Positions 25,053 through 34,269 of a DNA stretch of 64,000 bases are shown one piece after another. A model generated the notes under the pieces. It did not search any database. It was not told the DNA's origin and saw nothing but the letters and a program-made list of their open reading frames with translations. Location: contig CAKUUM010000001.1 of NCBI GenBank assembly GCA_934692905.1, positions 27,997 through 91,996 on the forward strand, given 5' to 3'. Position 1 is the stretch's first letter, and each line of letters starts with the position of its first letter. The position numbers and the translations under genes were made by a program. The DNA comes from an uncultured Bacteroidales bacterium. Its GTDB lineage: Bacteria > Bacteroidota > Bacteroidia > Bacteroidales > Paludibacteraceae.

Positions 25053-25084
25053 CAAAGGTACTGCTTTTTTTTGAACCGTGCAAA
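25053..25084 (-). promoter_or_regulatory. Promoter of tRNA-Lys
   Basis: Minus strand TTTG-N20-TACCTTTG. It lies within a 34-nt block identical to the tRNA-Gln promoter block. Confidence 0.6.
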
Positions 25085-25128
25085 TCTTAGGACATTATTT
25101 TGCCACAAAAGGGTAAATAAAATTATTT

Positions 25129-26559
25129 ATGGACATAAATCGGACATATTCACGCCGCCAAACAACACAGACGCAGGTGGGCAATCTGTCAATAGGCAGC
25201 CTCTCGCCCATCCGCATCCAGACTATGGCAAATACCTCGACCAATGACATCGATGGCAGTGTGGCACAGGCACAACGCTGTATTGCCGCGGGGGCTGAAC
25301 TGGTGCGTTTCACCACACAGGGGCTTCGCGAAGTGGAGTCGCTGAAGAGGATACACGACAACCTCCACACCCCTACCCCCCTCGTTGCCGACGTCCACTT
25401 CCAAGCCGACGTAGCGGATGCCGCTGCACAGGTGGTGGAAAAAGTGCGCATCAACCCGGGCAACTACATCGACCCCGCACGCAAGTTCCGTCATATCGAC
25501 TACACCCATGAGGAGTATCAAGCCGAACTCACACGGCTGCGCGAACGCTTCACACGCCTGCTCAACATCTGTCGCGAGCACCACACCGCCCTCCGCCTTG
25601 GGGTCAACCACGGCAGTCTGAGCGACCGCATCATGTCCCGTTATGGCGACACGCCTGCCGGCATGGTGGAGAGTGTGATGGAGTTCCTCCGCGTGGCAGT
25701 CAGCGAGCATTTCTCCGACATCGTCATCTCCGTCAAAGCCAGCAACACGCGCGTCATGGTGGACACAGTACGCCTTCTGGTGCAGCAGATGGACGCAGAG
25801 GGTATGGCATTCCCGCTCCATTTGGGCGTGACGGAAGCCGGTGAGGGTGAAGACGGACGCATCAAGTCGGCTGTAGGCATCGGAGCCCTGTTGGCAGACG
25901 GCATCGGCGACACGGTACGTGTCAGCCTGAGCGAAGCCCCCGAGAACGAGATACCCGTTGCCCGCGCATTGGTGGATTATTTCGTTGATACACAGAGCAT
26001 TCGATATAATGCAGATACACACACTGCAGTAGAGGGCGACACCGTCTTCTACGCCAACCACGACACCGATTGGGCACTCTTCCAACTCCACGCATCCGCA
26101 GAATGCGGGCGCCTGTTGTGGCAATACAACGCCACAAATCTCGTATTGCAGAACCCGCATTTCACTGCCGAACAGTTGGAACGCCTGGGCAAAGACATCC
26201 TCCAAGCCTCGCGCGTGCGCGTATATAAGACGGAGTATATCTCCTGCCCGGGTTGTGGACGAACCCTGTTCGACCTCGAGAAGACCATCGCCGAGGTCAA
26301 AGCCGCCACCCGGCACCTCACCGACCCCAAAACAGGGCAACCCCTGCAAGGACTGAAAATAGGCATCATGGGTTGTATCGTCAACGGTCCCGGCGAGATG
26401 GCAGACGCCGACTACGGCTACGTGGGCGCAGGTCGCGGGCGCATCAGCCTCTACCGCGGCAAAGAGTGCGTGCTCAAGAATATCCCCCAAGAGCAAGCCG
26501 TGGAAGCCCTACTCAACCTCATTCTACACGACAAACAGATAAATACAGATACATTATGA
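25129..26559 (+). CDS. ispG: 4-hydroxy-3-methylbut-2-en-1-yl diphosphate synthase (flavodoxin-type IspG/GcpE)
   Basis: VGNLSIGSLSPIRIQTMANTSTNDI...; C-terminal CPGCGRT...GCIVNGPGE Fe-S cluster motifs. Confidence 0.9.
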   Translation: MDINRTYSRRQTTQTQVGNLSIGSLSPIRIQTMANTSTNDIDGSVAQAQRCIAAGAELVRFTTQGLREVESLKRIHDNLHTPTPLVADVHFQADVADAAAQVVEKVRINPGNYIDPARKFRHIDYTHEEYQAELTRLRERFTRLLNICREHHTALRLGVNHGSLSDRIMSRYGDTPAGMVESVMEFLRVAVSEHFSDIVISVKASNTRVMVDTVRLLVQQMDAEGMAFPLHLGVTEAGEGEDGRIKSAVGIGALLADGIGDTVRVSLSEAPENEIPVARALVDYFVDTQSIRYNADTHTAVEGDTVFYANHDTDWALFQLHASAECGRLLWQYNATNLVLQNPHFTAEQLERLGKDILQASRVRVYKTEYISCPGCGRTLFDLEKTIAEVKAATRHLTDPKTGQPLQGLKIGIMGCIVNGPGEMADADYGYVGAGRGRISLYRGKECVLKNIPQEQAVEALLNLILHDKQINTDTL

Positions 26560-27884
26560 GAATACATTTTATCGCCATCGGCGGTGCTGCCATGCACAAT
26601 CTGGCAATCGCAGTAGCCGGCAAAAAAGGATACGTCGTCACAGGTTCCGATGATGAAATCTTCGACCCCGCACTCACCCACCTCCGCAATGCGGGACTCT
26701 TGCCCGAGCAGATGGGCTGGCACCCCGAACTCATTACCCCTGACATCGACGCCATCATCCTCGGCATGCATGCCCGTGAGGACAACCCCGAACTGCTTCG
26801 CGCACGCGAACTCGGCATACGCATCTACTCCTTCCCCGAGTACCTCTACGAGCAGACCAAAGACAAGGTGCGCATCGTCGTAGGCGGAAGCCACGGCAAG
26901 ACCACCACTACCGCCATGATTCTCTATGTCCTCCGTCACCTCGGCATCGAGGCGGACTACATGGTCGGCGCACAGATAGAGGGTTTCGACACCATGGTAC
27001 GTCTTTCCGACACTGCCCGCTACGCTGTTTTTGAGGGCGATGAGTACCTCACTTCCCCACTCGACCGCCGTTCCAAGTTCCTCCTCTACCACCCGCATGT
27101 GGCAATCCTCACGGGCATTGCGTGGGACCACATCAACGTCTTCCCCACTTTCCCCGAGTACGTGGACACCTTCCGCAAGTTCGTAGCAGGAATTGAACCC
27201 GACGGCACCTTTATCTACTACGAGGGCGACGAAAACCTCCGCGCATTGGCAGCCAACGCACGCCCTGATATTCAATGTATTCCGTACAATGCCTACAAGG
27301 GCAACATCCCCATGCAGGTCTTCGGACGGCACAACATGCAGAACCTTCAGGCGGCATGCCTGGCGTGCGAAGCCATCGGCGTAGCCCGTAACGACTTCTA
27401 CCATACTATTGCCTCTTTTACGGGGGCCAGCAACCGCCTTGAGAAGATTGCCGAAATCGGTGACAACGTAGCGTACAAGGACTTCGCCCACTCGCCCAGC
27501 AAACTGCGTGCCACTGTCAATGCCGTGCGCGAGCACTATCCCGACAAGCGTCTTGTTGCATGTATGGAGTTGCACACGTTCTCGTCTCTTATGGCGGACT
27601 TCCTGCCGCAGTACCATGGCTGTATGGCGGAAGCCGATGTCGCCTTGGTCTATTTCAACCCGAAAGTGATTGAGCACAAGCACCTTACGCCCATTCATGC
27701 CGAAGATGTACGCCGTGCTTTCGGCACTGACAATGTAGAGGTCTTCACCGACAGCCAAGCCCTGCAAACGCGCCTGCGCGGCTTGGATTATCACAACACC
27801 GCCCTGCTCATGATGACCTCCGGCACTTTCGATGGCATCGACATCCCCGCCTTCGCCTACGAACTGATTCACAATAAGGAATAG
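26556..27884 (+). CDS. mpl: UDP-N-acetylmuramate:L-alanyl-gamma-D-glutamyl-meso-diaminopimelate ligase (murein peptide ligase)
   Basis: MRIHFIAIGGAAMHNLAIA...GGSHGKTTTTAM (Mur ligase P-loop). Its ATG overlaps the ispG stop (ATGA). The track ORF start at 26253 lies inside ispG and is rejected. Confidence 0.85.
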   Translation: MRIHFIAIGGAAMHNLAIAVAGKKGYVVTGSDDEIFDPALTHLRNAGLLPEQMGWHPELITPDIDAIILGMHAREDNPELLRARELGIRIYSFPEYLYEQTKDKVRIVVGGSHGKTTTTAMILYVLRHLGIEADYMVGAQIEGFDTMVRLSDTARYAVFEGDEYLTSPLDRRSKFLLYHPHVAILTGIAWDHINVFPTFPEYVDTFRKFVAGIEPDGTFIYYEGDENLRALAANARPDIQCIPYNAYKGNIPMQVFGRHNMQNLQAACLACEAIGVARNDFYHTIASFTGASNRLEKIAEIGDNVAYKDFAHSPSKLRATVNAVREHYPDKRLVACMELHTFSSLMADFLPQYHGCMAEADVALVYFNPKVIEHKHLTPIHAEDVRRAFGTDNVEVFTDSQALQTRLRGLDYHNTALLMMTSGTFDGIDIPAFAYELIHNKE

Positions 27885-28687
27885 AGTAGAGGGTAGAGAT
27901 TAGAGAAAGGTCAGCAAGATGTTCAGTCGTTGCCTTGCAGACTTTTGTAACATACGTGATAACCAAACCACTTATGCTTGTGATTGTATCAGACAATTCA
28001 AAGATGAACCTTTGAACCCATAAACCTTTTTAACAAACGGCTTATCTTCATAACTTACCTTCTTATGCCAAGATAGAACAATCAACATAGCGGGTTTGTT
28101 CATATCAAAAATACAAAAAAACGAACAAAAACCGCATTTATACGCGCGCGTGCGCGCACGTTCCAAGTTAGACATATATCAGTACTCAGTTCGTATATAT
28201 CAGTTGCACTAATTTTTCAAGACATGGAGTTTGTGGAAAGATATGGATTTTTATACTAATTAGTGATAATACGGCGTAGCCGCCCGTTGATAAGAGAAGT
28301 ACTCGGTAAGGTCTCGGTAACCTCTCGGAAATACGTCATGCCCCGACACTTAAATTCTACACTAACCGCTACTCTATAGCCCCTACTGCTATTCACTACC
28401 CCCTAATCTCTATCCTCTAACCTTTACCCCCCTTAAAAAAGGGTTCAAAGGTTCATCTTTTTTTTACCCATACACTACCCTGCATATACCCACTCTAAAA
28501 ACATAATATACAGATTATTAAATACTTATACATATAATATATAATTATTATATGTAAATATATGTATATTTCATCCTATATATACCTTATATTTTCTATA
28601 TTTTCCATTTTTCCAACATACCCTCTGAAAAAAAGTGAACCCATGAACCGATGAACCTTTCGCACTTGCACATATGAAAAAAAAATA

Positions 28688-28695
28688 CTACTTTT
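28688..28695 (+). promoter_or_regulatory. -7 box of the udk promoter
   Basis: TACTTTTG lies 28 nt upstream of the udk ATG. Confidence 0.4.
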
Positions 28696-28722
28696 GCAGC
28701 CCGAAGGCAAACATCAATATCT

Positions 28723-29337
28723 ATGTTTATTATCGGCATTGCGGGCGGCACCGGCTCGGGTAAAACAACGGTGGTTCGAAAATTGACAGAGCGCCTGCCC
28801 AAAGGCGAAGTGGTGGTAATCCCCCAAGATTCATACTACAAAGACAGCAGCCATGTGCCCGTCGAGGAGCGTCAGAACATCAACTTCGACCACCCCGATG
28901 CTTTCGAATGGCCCCTGTTGGTGAAGCAGATAGAAATGCTCAAAAACGGCGAGGCGATAGAGCAGCCCGTGTACGACTACCTCACCTGCACCCGCCAAAA
29001 AGAGACCATACACATCGAACCCCGCGAAATCATTGTCGTTGAGGGCATTATGGCACTACGCGACTACCACCTGCGCGAACAGATGGACCTCAAAATCTTC
29101 GTTGATGCCGATGCCGACGACCGCCTGATACGTGTTATACAGCGCGACATCGTGGAGCGCGGACGTACCGTAGAGGCGGTGATGGAGCGTTACCAGCGTG
29201 TCCTCAAACCCATGCACGAGCAGTTCATAGAGCCCTGCAAACGATATGCGGACGTCATCATCCCGCAAGGCGGGCACAACAATGCCGCCATCAACATGCT
29301 GGTGAAATTCATCAAGCAGCAGATACGTGAAAACTAA
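28723..29337 (+). CDS. udk: Uridine kinase
   Basis: IGIAGGTGSGKTT P-loop; 204 aa; typical Udk length and motifs. Confidence 0.9.
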   Translation: MFIIGIAGGTGSGKTTVVRKLTERLPKGEVVVIPQDSYYKDSSHVPVEERQNINFDHPDAFEWPLLVKQIEMLKNGEAIEQPVYDYLTCTRQKETIHIEPREIIVVEGIMALRDYHLREQMDLKIFVDADADDRLIRVIQRDIVERGRTVEAVMERYQRVLKPMHEQFIEPCKRYADVIIPQGGHNNAAINMLVKFIKQQIREN

Positions 29338-29376
29338 TCCCTAATCTCTACTTCCTAATCTCTAACTCCCCCTGAC

Positions 29377-29922
29377 ATGAAAATGTTTTTCGAGTTGTTT
29401 TGGACCTACCTCAAGATAGGTACTTTCACGCTTGGGGGAGGCTATGCCATGCTGCCGCTGATACAGAAAGAGGTGGTGGACAACAAGCATTGGATTGACG
29501 AGGAGGAGTTTCTTAACATGATTGCCCTCGCGCAGGCAGCCCCCGGACTGATAGCAGTCAATTCGGCGGTTTTCATCGGCTGGCGCATATACGGTTGGCG
29601 GGGCGTGATTGCCACGGTGTTAGGTGCCGTGCTGCCCTCGTTCCTCATCATTCTGGCAATCGCCATGGTGTTCCGGGACTTCAAGGACAAGCCTGCCGTC
29701 GAGGCGGTGTTCAAGGGTATCCGACCGGCTGTGGTGGCACTGATTGCAGCCCCGCTGTGCAAGATGGCAAAGAGTGCTAAGATTACTTGGGCAACGGCGT
29801 TCGCACCTGTTGCGGGTGCCCTGCTGATATGGCTCGGCGGATTGTCACCCGTATGGATTATCCTCATCACCGTCGTGGCGACACTGGCATACACGTGGCT
29901 ACGGGAAAGGAGGCAGCGATGA
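29377..29922 (+). CDS. chrA: Chromate transporter (ChrA) family protein, first half-size paralogue
   Basis: LKIGTFTLGGGYAMLPLIQKEVV..., the CHR family signature. It forms a pair with the next gene. Confidence 0.85.
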   Translation: MKMFFELFWTYLKIGTFTLGGGYAMLPLIQKEVVDNKHWIDEEEFLNMIALAQAAPGLIAVNSAVFIGWRIYGWRGVIATVLGAVLPSFLIILAIAMVFRDFKDKPAVEAVFKGIRPAVVALIAAPLCKMAKSAKITWATAFAPVAGALLIWLGGLSPVWIILITVVATLAYTWLRERRQR

Positions 29923-30503
29923 TTTACCTGCAGTTGTTTCTCAGTTTCCTCAAGATAGGCTTGTTCGGCTTTGGCGGCGGACTGGCTATCCTGTCGCTCA
30001 TTCAGCACGAAGTGGAGACCCATGGCTGGCTCACACAGTCAGAATTCGTTGATATAGTGGCTGTTAGCCAAGTAACTCCAGGACCGATAGGCATCAACTG
30101 CGCCACGTATGTGGGCTATACCGCGACGGGCAGTGTATGGGGAAGCATTGTCGCTACGTCGGCGATTGTGCTGCCAAGTTTGGTAATCATGTTGGCGTTG
30201 TGCAAAATCTATTTTGTGCTCAACACACGCTTTCAGCGCAGCCCCTATTTCCAAAACACCATGCACTTTCTGCGCCTGTCCGTCTTGGGCCTGATTGCCG
30301 CAGCAGCGCTCTGTCTCATGACACCGGCCAGTTTCATCGATTGGCGCAGTTGGCTGATATTCGCACTCGTATGTATCTTTACCATCCTACCGCAGTTTGT
30401 ACGTAGTGGCACAGTATGGGGAAAGAAATTAGTGAATATACTATCCCATCCCATCCTGCTAATCGTCTTGGCAGGAGCGGCAGGCTATTGGATTTACAAA
30501 TAG
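29919..30503 (+). CDS. chrA: Chromate transporter (ChrA) family protein, second half-size paralogue
   Basis: MIYLQLFLSFLKIGLFGFGGGLAILSLIQHEV.... Its ATG overlaps the previous stop (ATGA). The longer track ORF is rejected. Confidence 0.85.
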   Translation: MIYLQLFLSFLKIGLFGFGGGLAILSLIQHEVETHGWLTQSEFVDIVAVSQVTPGPIGINCATYVGYTATGSVWGSIVATSAIVLPSLVIMLALCKIYFVLNTRFQRSPYFQNTMHFLRLSVLGLIAAAALCLMTPASFIDWRSWLIFALVCIFTILPQFVRSGTVWGKKLVNILSHPILLIVLAGAAGYWIYK

Positions 30504-30541
30504 CCTAAAAAACAAAAAAAAATACATTTTTTGCTCTTTTA

Positions 30542-30573
30542 TTTGCTCGTTTCCACAAAAAGCAGTACCTTTG
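30542..30573 (+). promoter_or_regulatory. Promoter of tRNA-Gln
   Basis: TTTG (30542..30545), a 20-bp spacer, then TACCTTTG (30566..30573). Confidence 0.6.
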
Positions 30574-30594
30574 CAGCCGCTTTTGAGAAAGCAC

Positions 30595-30665
30595 TGCCTA
30601 ATGGTGTAATGGTAGCACTACAGATTCTGGTTCTGTCTGTCTGGGTTCGAGTCCTGGTTAGGCAA
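30595..30665 (+). tRNA. tRNA-Gln (anticodon CTG)
   Basis: Manual fold: TGCCTAA-TG-GTGT-AATGGTA-GCAC-T-ACAGA-TTCTGGT-TCTGT-...-TTCGAGT-...-TTAGGCA-A. It has the U1:A72 pair typical of bacterial tRNA-Gln. The T-stem needs G-U pairs. Confidence 0.75.
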
Positions 30666-30670
30666 CTCCG

Positions 30671-30706
30671 AAGCCGTTTGAGAGAACCTCAAGCGGCTTT
30701 TTGTTT
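30671..30706 (+). terminator. Intrinsic terminator after tRNA-Gln
   Basis: 12-bp stem aagccgtttgag / ctcaagcggctt (one G-U pair), followed by TTTTTG. Confidence 0.75.
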
Positions 30707-30774
30707 CACATATGTTTTCCCTCAACTTACCGCGAAAAAATCGGATTGCGGTTGCAGAAGTCGCGGGAAAGCAG

Positions 30775-30782
30775 TACCTTTG
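30775..30782 (+). promoter_or_regulatory. -7 box of the ftsK promoter
   Basis: GCAGTACCTTTGCA, the same extended -7 context as the tRNA promoters, lies 27 nt before the ftsK ATG. Confidence 0.45.
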
Positions 30783-30808
30783 CAAACTAAACCAATCCCG
30801 TTTGGCAT

Positions 30809-33373
30809 ATGGCAAGACGAATCTCCAAACCCACCACCCGCACCACCGCGGGCGACACCGATACGAACCCCATCCGCGTAGAGCGCACCCGCAAGTTCGA
30901 CCTGCGTCAGACTCTCCATACCTGCGGCAATATCCTGCGCAGCAGCCGTTTCCGTCTCATCATCGGCATCACACTGATGGCGATAGCGCTCATGCTGCTC
31001 ATCGCCTACATCAGTTTCTTCTTCACGGGTGCCAACGACTACTCCATCATCGAGAGCGCCTCCGACCGCCGTGCTATCCGCACAGGCATCACCAACGCCC
31101 TCGGACTGCCAGGGGCGGTTATCTCCCGCGGATTGATTGACGGGGCTTTCGGCATCGTTGCCATCCTCCCCATCCTCGCGCTGGGCGTCTATGCCGCACG
31201 TCTCCTCTACGAGTTCCCGCTGAAAGGGTGGAAACTGCTGTTTATCACGTTGTTCGGTACATTCTGGGGCTCCATCGTCCTCGGCTTTGCGCAACAGATG
31301 ACGGGCATCGGTTCCTTCTTCCGATGGGGTGGCGCGCACGGTCAAATCATCTCTGAATGGGCGACCTCCTACATCCAATGGCTGGGACTTCTGCTCATTC
31401 TCATTGTCGTGCTCGTGATATTCCTCATTGTCATCGACCGCCATTTCATCGACAACTGCCGCCGTTTCGGACAATGGTGCAAGCGCCTCTTCACCCGCAA
31501 GCCGAAGCCGCAAGAGGAGCAGGAAAGTACTGACGTTCAAGAAGATACGCCCATTGAGATACAGATAGAGCCCAACGGCGAGGACACCGGCGGGAATACC
31601 ATCACCATTGACATCGCGGACACAGAGGCTCCCGCTGCAGATACCGCTCCTGCGGGCGAGATTACCGTCACCATTGAGAATACACACACGCAAGATGACC
31701 TGTCGGAAGAGCCTTCTGAACCGGAGCCTGAAGACGAAACGGGCGATACTCCCCTTGACATCGAGGAGCCCCAGGACGTGGAACTCAGCGAGCAAGACCC
31801 TGATTTTCTGCTGCATAAACTCGGTCCCTACGACCCCCGCAAGGACCTCGAGAACTACCATTTCCCGCCCCTCAACCTCCTCAAGGTCTATGACAACGAG
31901 ACCGCGCCCGTCATCAACCAGGACGAGCAGCAGGCAAATGCCAACCGCATCGTGACCACCCTCCGCAACTTCGGCATCGAAATCGACAGCATCAAAGCCA
32001 CCGTCGGACCTACCGTCACGCTCTACGAGTTGGTCCCCAAGGCGGGCGTCAAAATCTCGAAGATAGCCAACCTCGAGAACGACATCATGCTCTCCCTTTC
32101 CGCCACGGGCATCCGTATCATCGCCCCCATGCCGGGCAAGGGAACCATCGGCATCGAGGTGCCCAACGAAAAGCCGCAAACCGTTAGTATGCACTCGGTG
32201 ATAGCGTCCAAACGCTTCCAGGACGAGCAGAAGATGCGCCTGCCCATCGCCATCGGCCGCACCATCACCAACGAGGTCTTCCTCTTCGACCTCGCCAAGA
32301 CGCCGCACCTCCTCGTGGCAGGTGCCACGGGGCAAGGTAAGTCCGTGGCTATCAACGCCATACTCACTTCGCTGCTCTACAAGAAGCACCCCGCCGAACT
32401 CAAACTCGTCCTCGTGGACCCGAAGATGGTCGAGTTCTCCCCCTACAAGGAACTCTACCGCCACTACCTCGCCGCCATGCCCGACGTTGAGGAGCAGGAC
32501 ATCATCATCACCGACTGCGAGAAGGTCATCAACACCCTCAACTCCCTCGTCATCGAGATGGAGAACCGCTACAAACTCCTCATGGACGCCGGTGTGCGCA
32601 ACCTCGAGGACTACAACGACAAGTTCGTCAAACGCCGCCTCAACCCCGAAAAACTCGTGGCGGACTCGCTCCACCACCGCTATCTGCCTTATATTGTGAT
32701 AGTTATCGACGAGTACGGTGACTTTATCATGCAGGCAGGCAAACAGGTGGAGACGCCTATCGCCCGCATCACGCAGAAGGCGCGTGCCGTGGGTATGCAC
32801 ATGATTCTCGCCACCCAGCGCCCGTCCGTGAACATCGTCACGGGCGTCATCAAGGCGAATATCCCGACCCGTATCGCCCTCCGCACGCAGTCCGTCATCG
32901 ACTCCCGCACCGTCCTCGATGCCAAAGGTGCCGAGCAACTCATCGGACGCGGCGACATGCTCTACGCCGGCAACGGCAACATCACCCGTATCCAGTGCGC
33001 CTTCGTGGACACCCCCGAGGTGGACGCTATCGTCGAGTACATTGAGGAGCAGCAGCACTACTTCGAACCCTACCAACTGCCCGAGTATATCCCTGAGGGT
33101 CAGGAAGATGCAGTCACCCCAGGCAGCGTGGATATGAAACGTCTCGACCCCATGTTTGCCGACGTGGCACGCTACGTGGTCGCCAAGCAGGAGGGCTCCA
33201 CCTCGCGCCTGCAACGTGCTTTCGAGATTGGCTACAACCGTGCGGGCAAACTGTCCGACCAACTCGAAGCCGCGGGCATCGTCGGTCCCAACAAGGGCCC
33301 CAAAGGGCGCGATGTGCTGATTCAGGACATGGACATGCTCGAACAGAAACTGCAAGACCTCGGTGCCGTCTGA
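30809..33373 (+). CDS. ftsK: DNA translocase FtsK/SpoIIIE
   Basis: N-terminal TM segments, an acidic/Pro linker, Walker A GATGQGKSV, and a C-terminal winged-helix gamma domain (STSRLQRAFEIGYNRAGKL). Confidence 0.95.
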   Translation: MARRISKPTTRTTAGDTDTNPIRVERTRKFDLRQTLHTCGNILRSSRFRLIIGITLMAIALMLLIAYISFFFTGANDYSIIESASDRRAIRTGITNALGLPGAVISRGLIDGAFGIVAILPILALGVYAARLLYEFPLKGWKLLFITLFGTFWGSIVLGFAQQMTGIGSFFRWGGAHGQIISEWATSYIQWLGLLLILIVVLVIFLIVIDRHFIDNCRRFGQWCKRLFTRKPKPQEEQESTDVQEDTPIEIQIEPNGEDTGGNTITIDIADTEAPAADTAPAGEITVTIENTHTQDDLSEEPSEPEPEDETGDTPLDIEEPQDVELSEQDPDFLLHKLGPYDPRKDLENYHFPPLNLLKVYDNETAPVINQDEQQANANRIVTTLRNFGIEIDSIKATVGPTVTLYELVPKAGVKISKIANLENDIMLSLSATGIRIIAPMPGKGTIGIEVPNEKPQTVSMHSVIASKRFQDEQKMRLPIAIGRTITNEVFLFDLAKTPHLLVAGATGQGKSVAINAILTSLLYKKHPAELKLVLVDPKMVEFSPYKELYRHYLAAMPDVEEQDIIITDCEKVINTLNSLVIEMENRYKLLMDAGVRNLEDYNDKFVKRRLNPEKLVADSLHHRYLPYIVIVIDEYGDFIMQAGKQVETPIARITQKARAVGMHMILATQRPSVNIVTGVIKANIPTRIALRTQSVIDSRTVLDAKGAEQLIGRGDMLYAGNGNITRIQCAFVDTPEVDAIVEYIEEQQHYFEPYQLPEYIPEGQEDAVTPGSVDMKRLDPMFADVARYVVAKQEGSTSRLQRAFEIGYNRAGKLSDQLEAAGIVGPNKGPKGRDVLIQDMDMLEQKLQDLGAV

Positions 33374-33429
33374 CCCGCCTCGCACACCCCCTATATTATA
33401 TAAGGTGTGCCTGCCCTGATTTTCAGCAA

Positions 33430-33603
33430 ACGACCCGCGACAGACTCCCTACCGACCCGCGACAGACCCGCGACAATGATGCGGCAATGCCGAGACAATG
33501 CGGCGATAAATTCCTAAATAAAGTCAATACTTCCCCGCGTTTTTGTCGGGTCAAACAGCAAGGGATGCGCAACCCATACGCAAGGGATAGGCAACGGATA
33601 GAA
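33430..33603 (+). repeat. Composite word-array element (GACCCGCGA words ... TTTTTGTCGGGTCAAACA module ... GCAAGGGATA words)
   Basis: cgacccgcgacagactccctaccgacccgcgacagacccgcgaca ... gcgtttttgtcgggtcaaaca gcaagggatgc gcaacccatac gcaagggatag gcaacggatag. Confidence 0.75.
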
Positions 33604-33626
33604 TACAAACAATAATAAAACAACTG

Positions 33627-34232
33627 ATGAATATCGCAAAAATACGCAACATATTAGGCGTGCTCATGCTCCTTTGCAGCACCACCCTGTCAGCCTCCAC
33701 CCTCCCCACGCTCTTATCCTCGTTAGAGGACAAGACACTCCGCTCGGACTTCACCCTTACCGTCACCGATGACCAGTCGCAACCCATGACCTACTCGGGC
33801 ACACTCACCATGCACGGCAGGCAGTTCCTTCTGTCGATGTGGGCTATTGAATCGGCATTCGACGGGCAGACGCTCTATATGTACAGCGAAGATTCTGAGG
33901 AACTTACGCTCTCCACGCCCACCGAGGAGGAGTTGCTCCAAACCAACCCTTTCCTCTACGCCAAGGCACTCGTCCCCGTCTGTCAGGTGGACGAAAAGCC
34001 CCTTTCCGGCAAAGGGCAGACCCTCATCACCCTCACCCCCGACGACCTTTCGGCGGGCATCGCACGTTTCGTGCTCAAGGTCGAAACCGCCACGTTGCTC
34101 CCCTTGTCAATAGAACTCCGCGAGACCACGGGCAGGACGACCTCGCTTCGCCTCACCAATCCCGCATATATCACTGACCCTCAGTCGTTTACTATCGAAA
34201 AGCCCGACGCCTTTCTCAACGACCTGCGGTAA
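33627..34232 (+). CDS. lolA: LolA-like outer-membrane lipoprotein carrier family protein
   Basis: Signal peptide, 201 aa, and a position immediately after ftsK. The ftsK-lolA neighbourhood is conserved in Bacteroidetes. Family assignment is by size, context and pattern only. Confidence 0.65.
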   Translation: MNIAKIRNILGVLMLLCSTTLSASTLPTLLSSLEDKTLRSDFTLTVTDDQSQPMTYSGTLTMHGRQFLLSMWAIESAFDGQTLYMYSEDSEELTLSTPTEEELLQTNPFLYAKALVPVCQVDEKPLSGKGQTLITLTPDDLSAGIARFVLKVETATLLPLSIELRETTGRTTSLRLTNPAYITDPQSFTIEKPDAFLNDLR

Positions 34233-34269
34233 CTTTCAAATTTACAAATTGCCAAATTTACAAATTGTT

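Noticed and set aside
25189-27872. 435-aa and 473-aa minus-strand ORFs (25189..26496 and 26451..27872)
   Set aside because: They are antisense to ispG and mpl respectively and carry no recognisable motifs.
27972-28175. 67-aa ORF in the mpl-udk spacer
   Set aside because: It lies in AT-rich repeat mosaic, shows no motifs, and overlaps repeat words. It is probably not coding.
30722-33385. 887-aa minus-strand ORF
   Set aside because: It is antisense to ftsK, which has unambiguous Walker and gamma-domain motifs. The shadow translation is G/D/V/H-rich nonsense.
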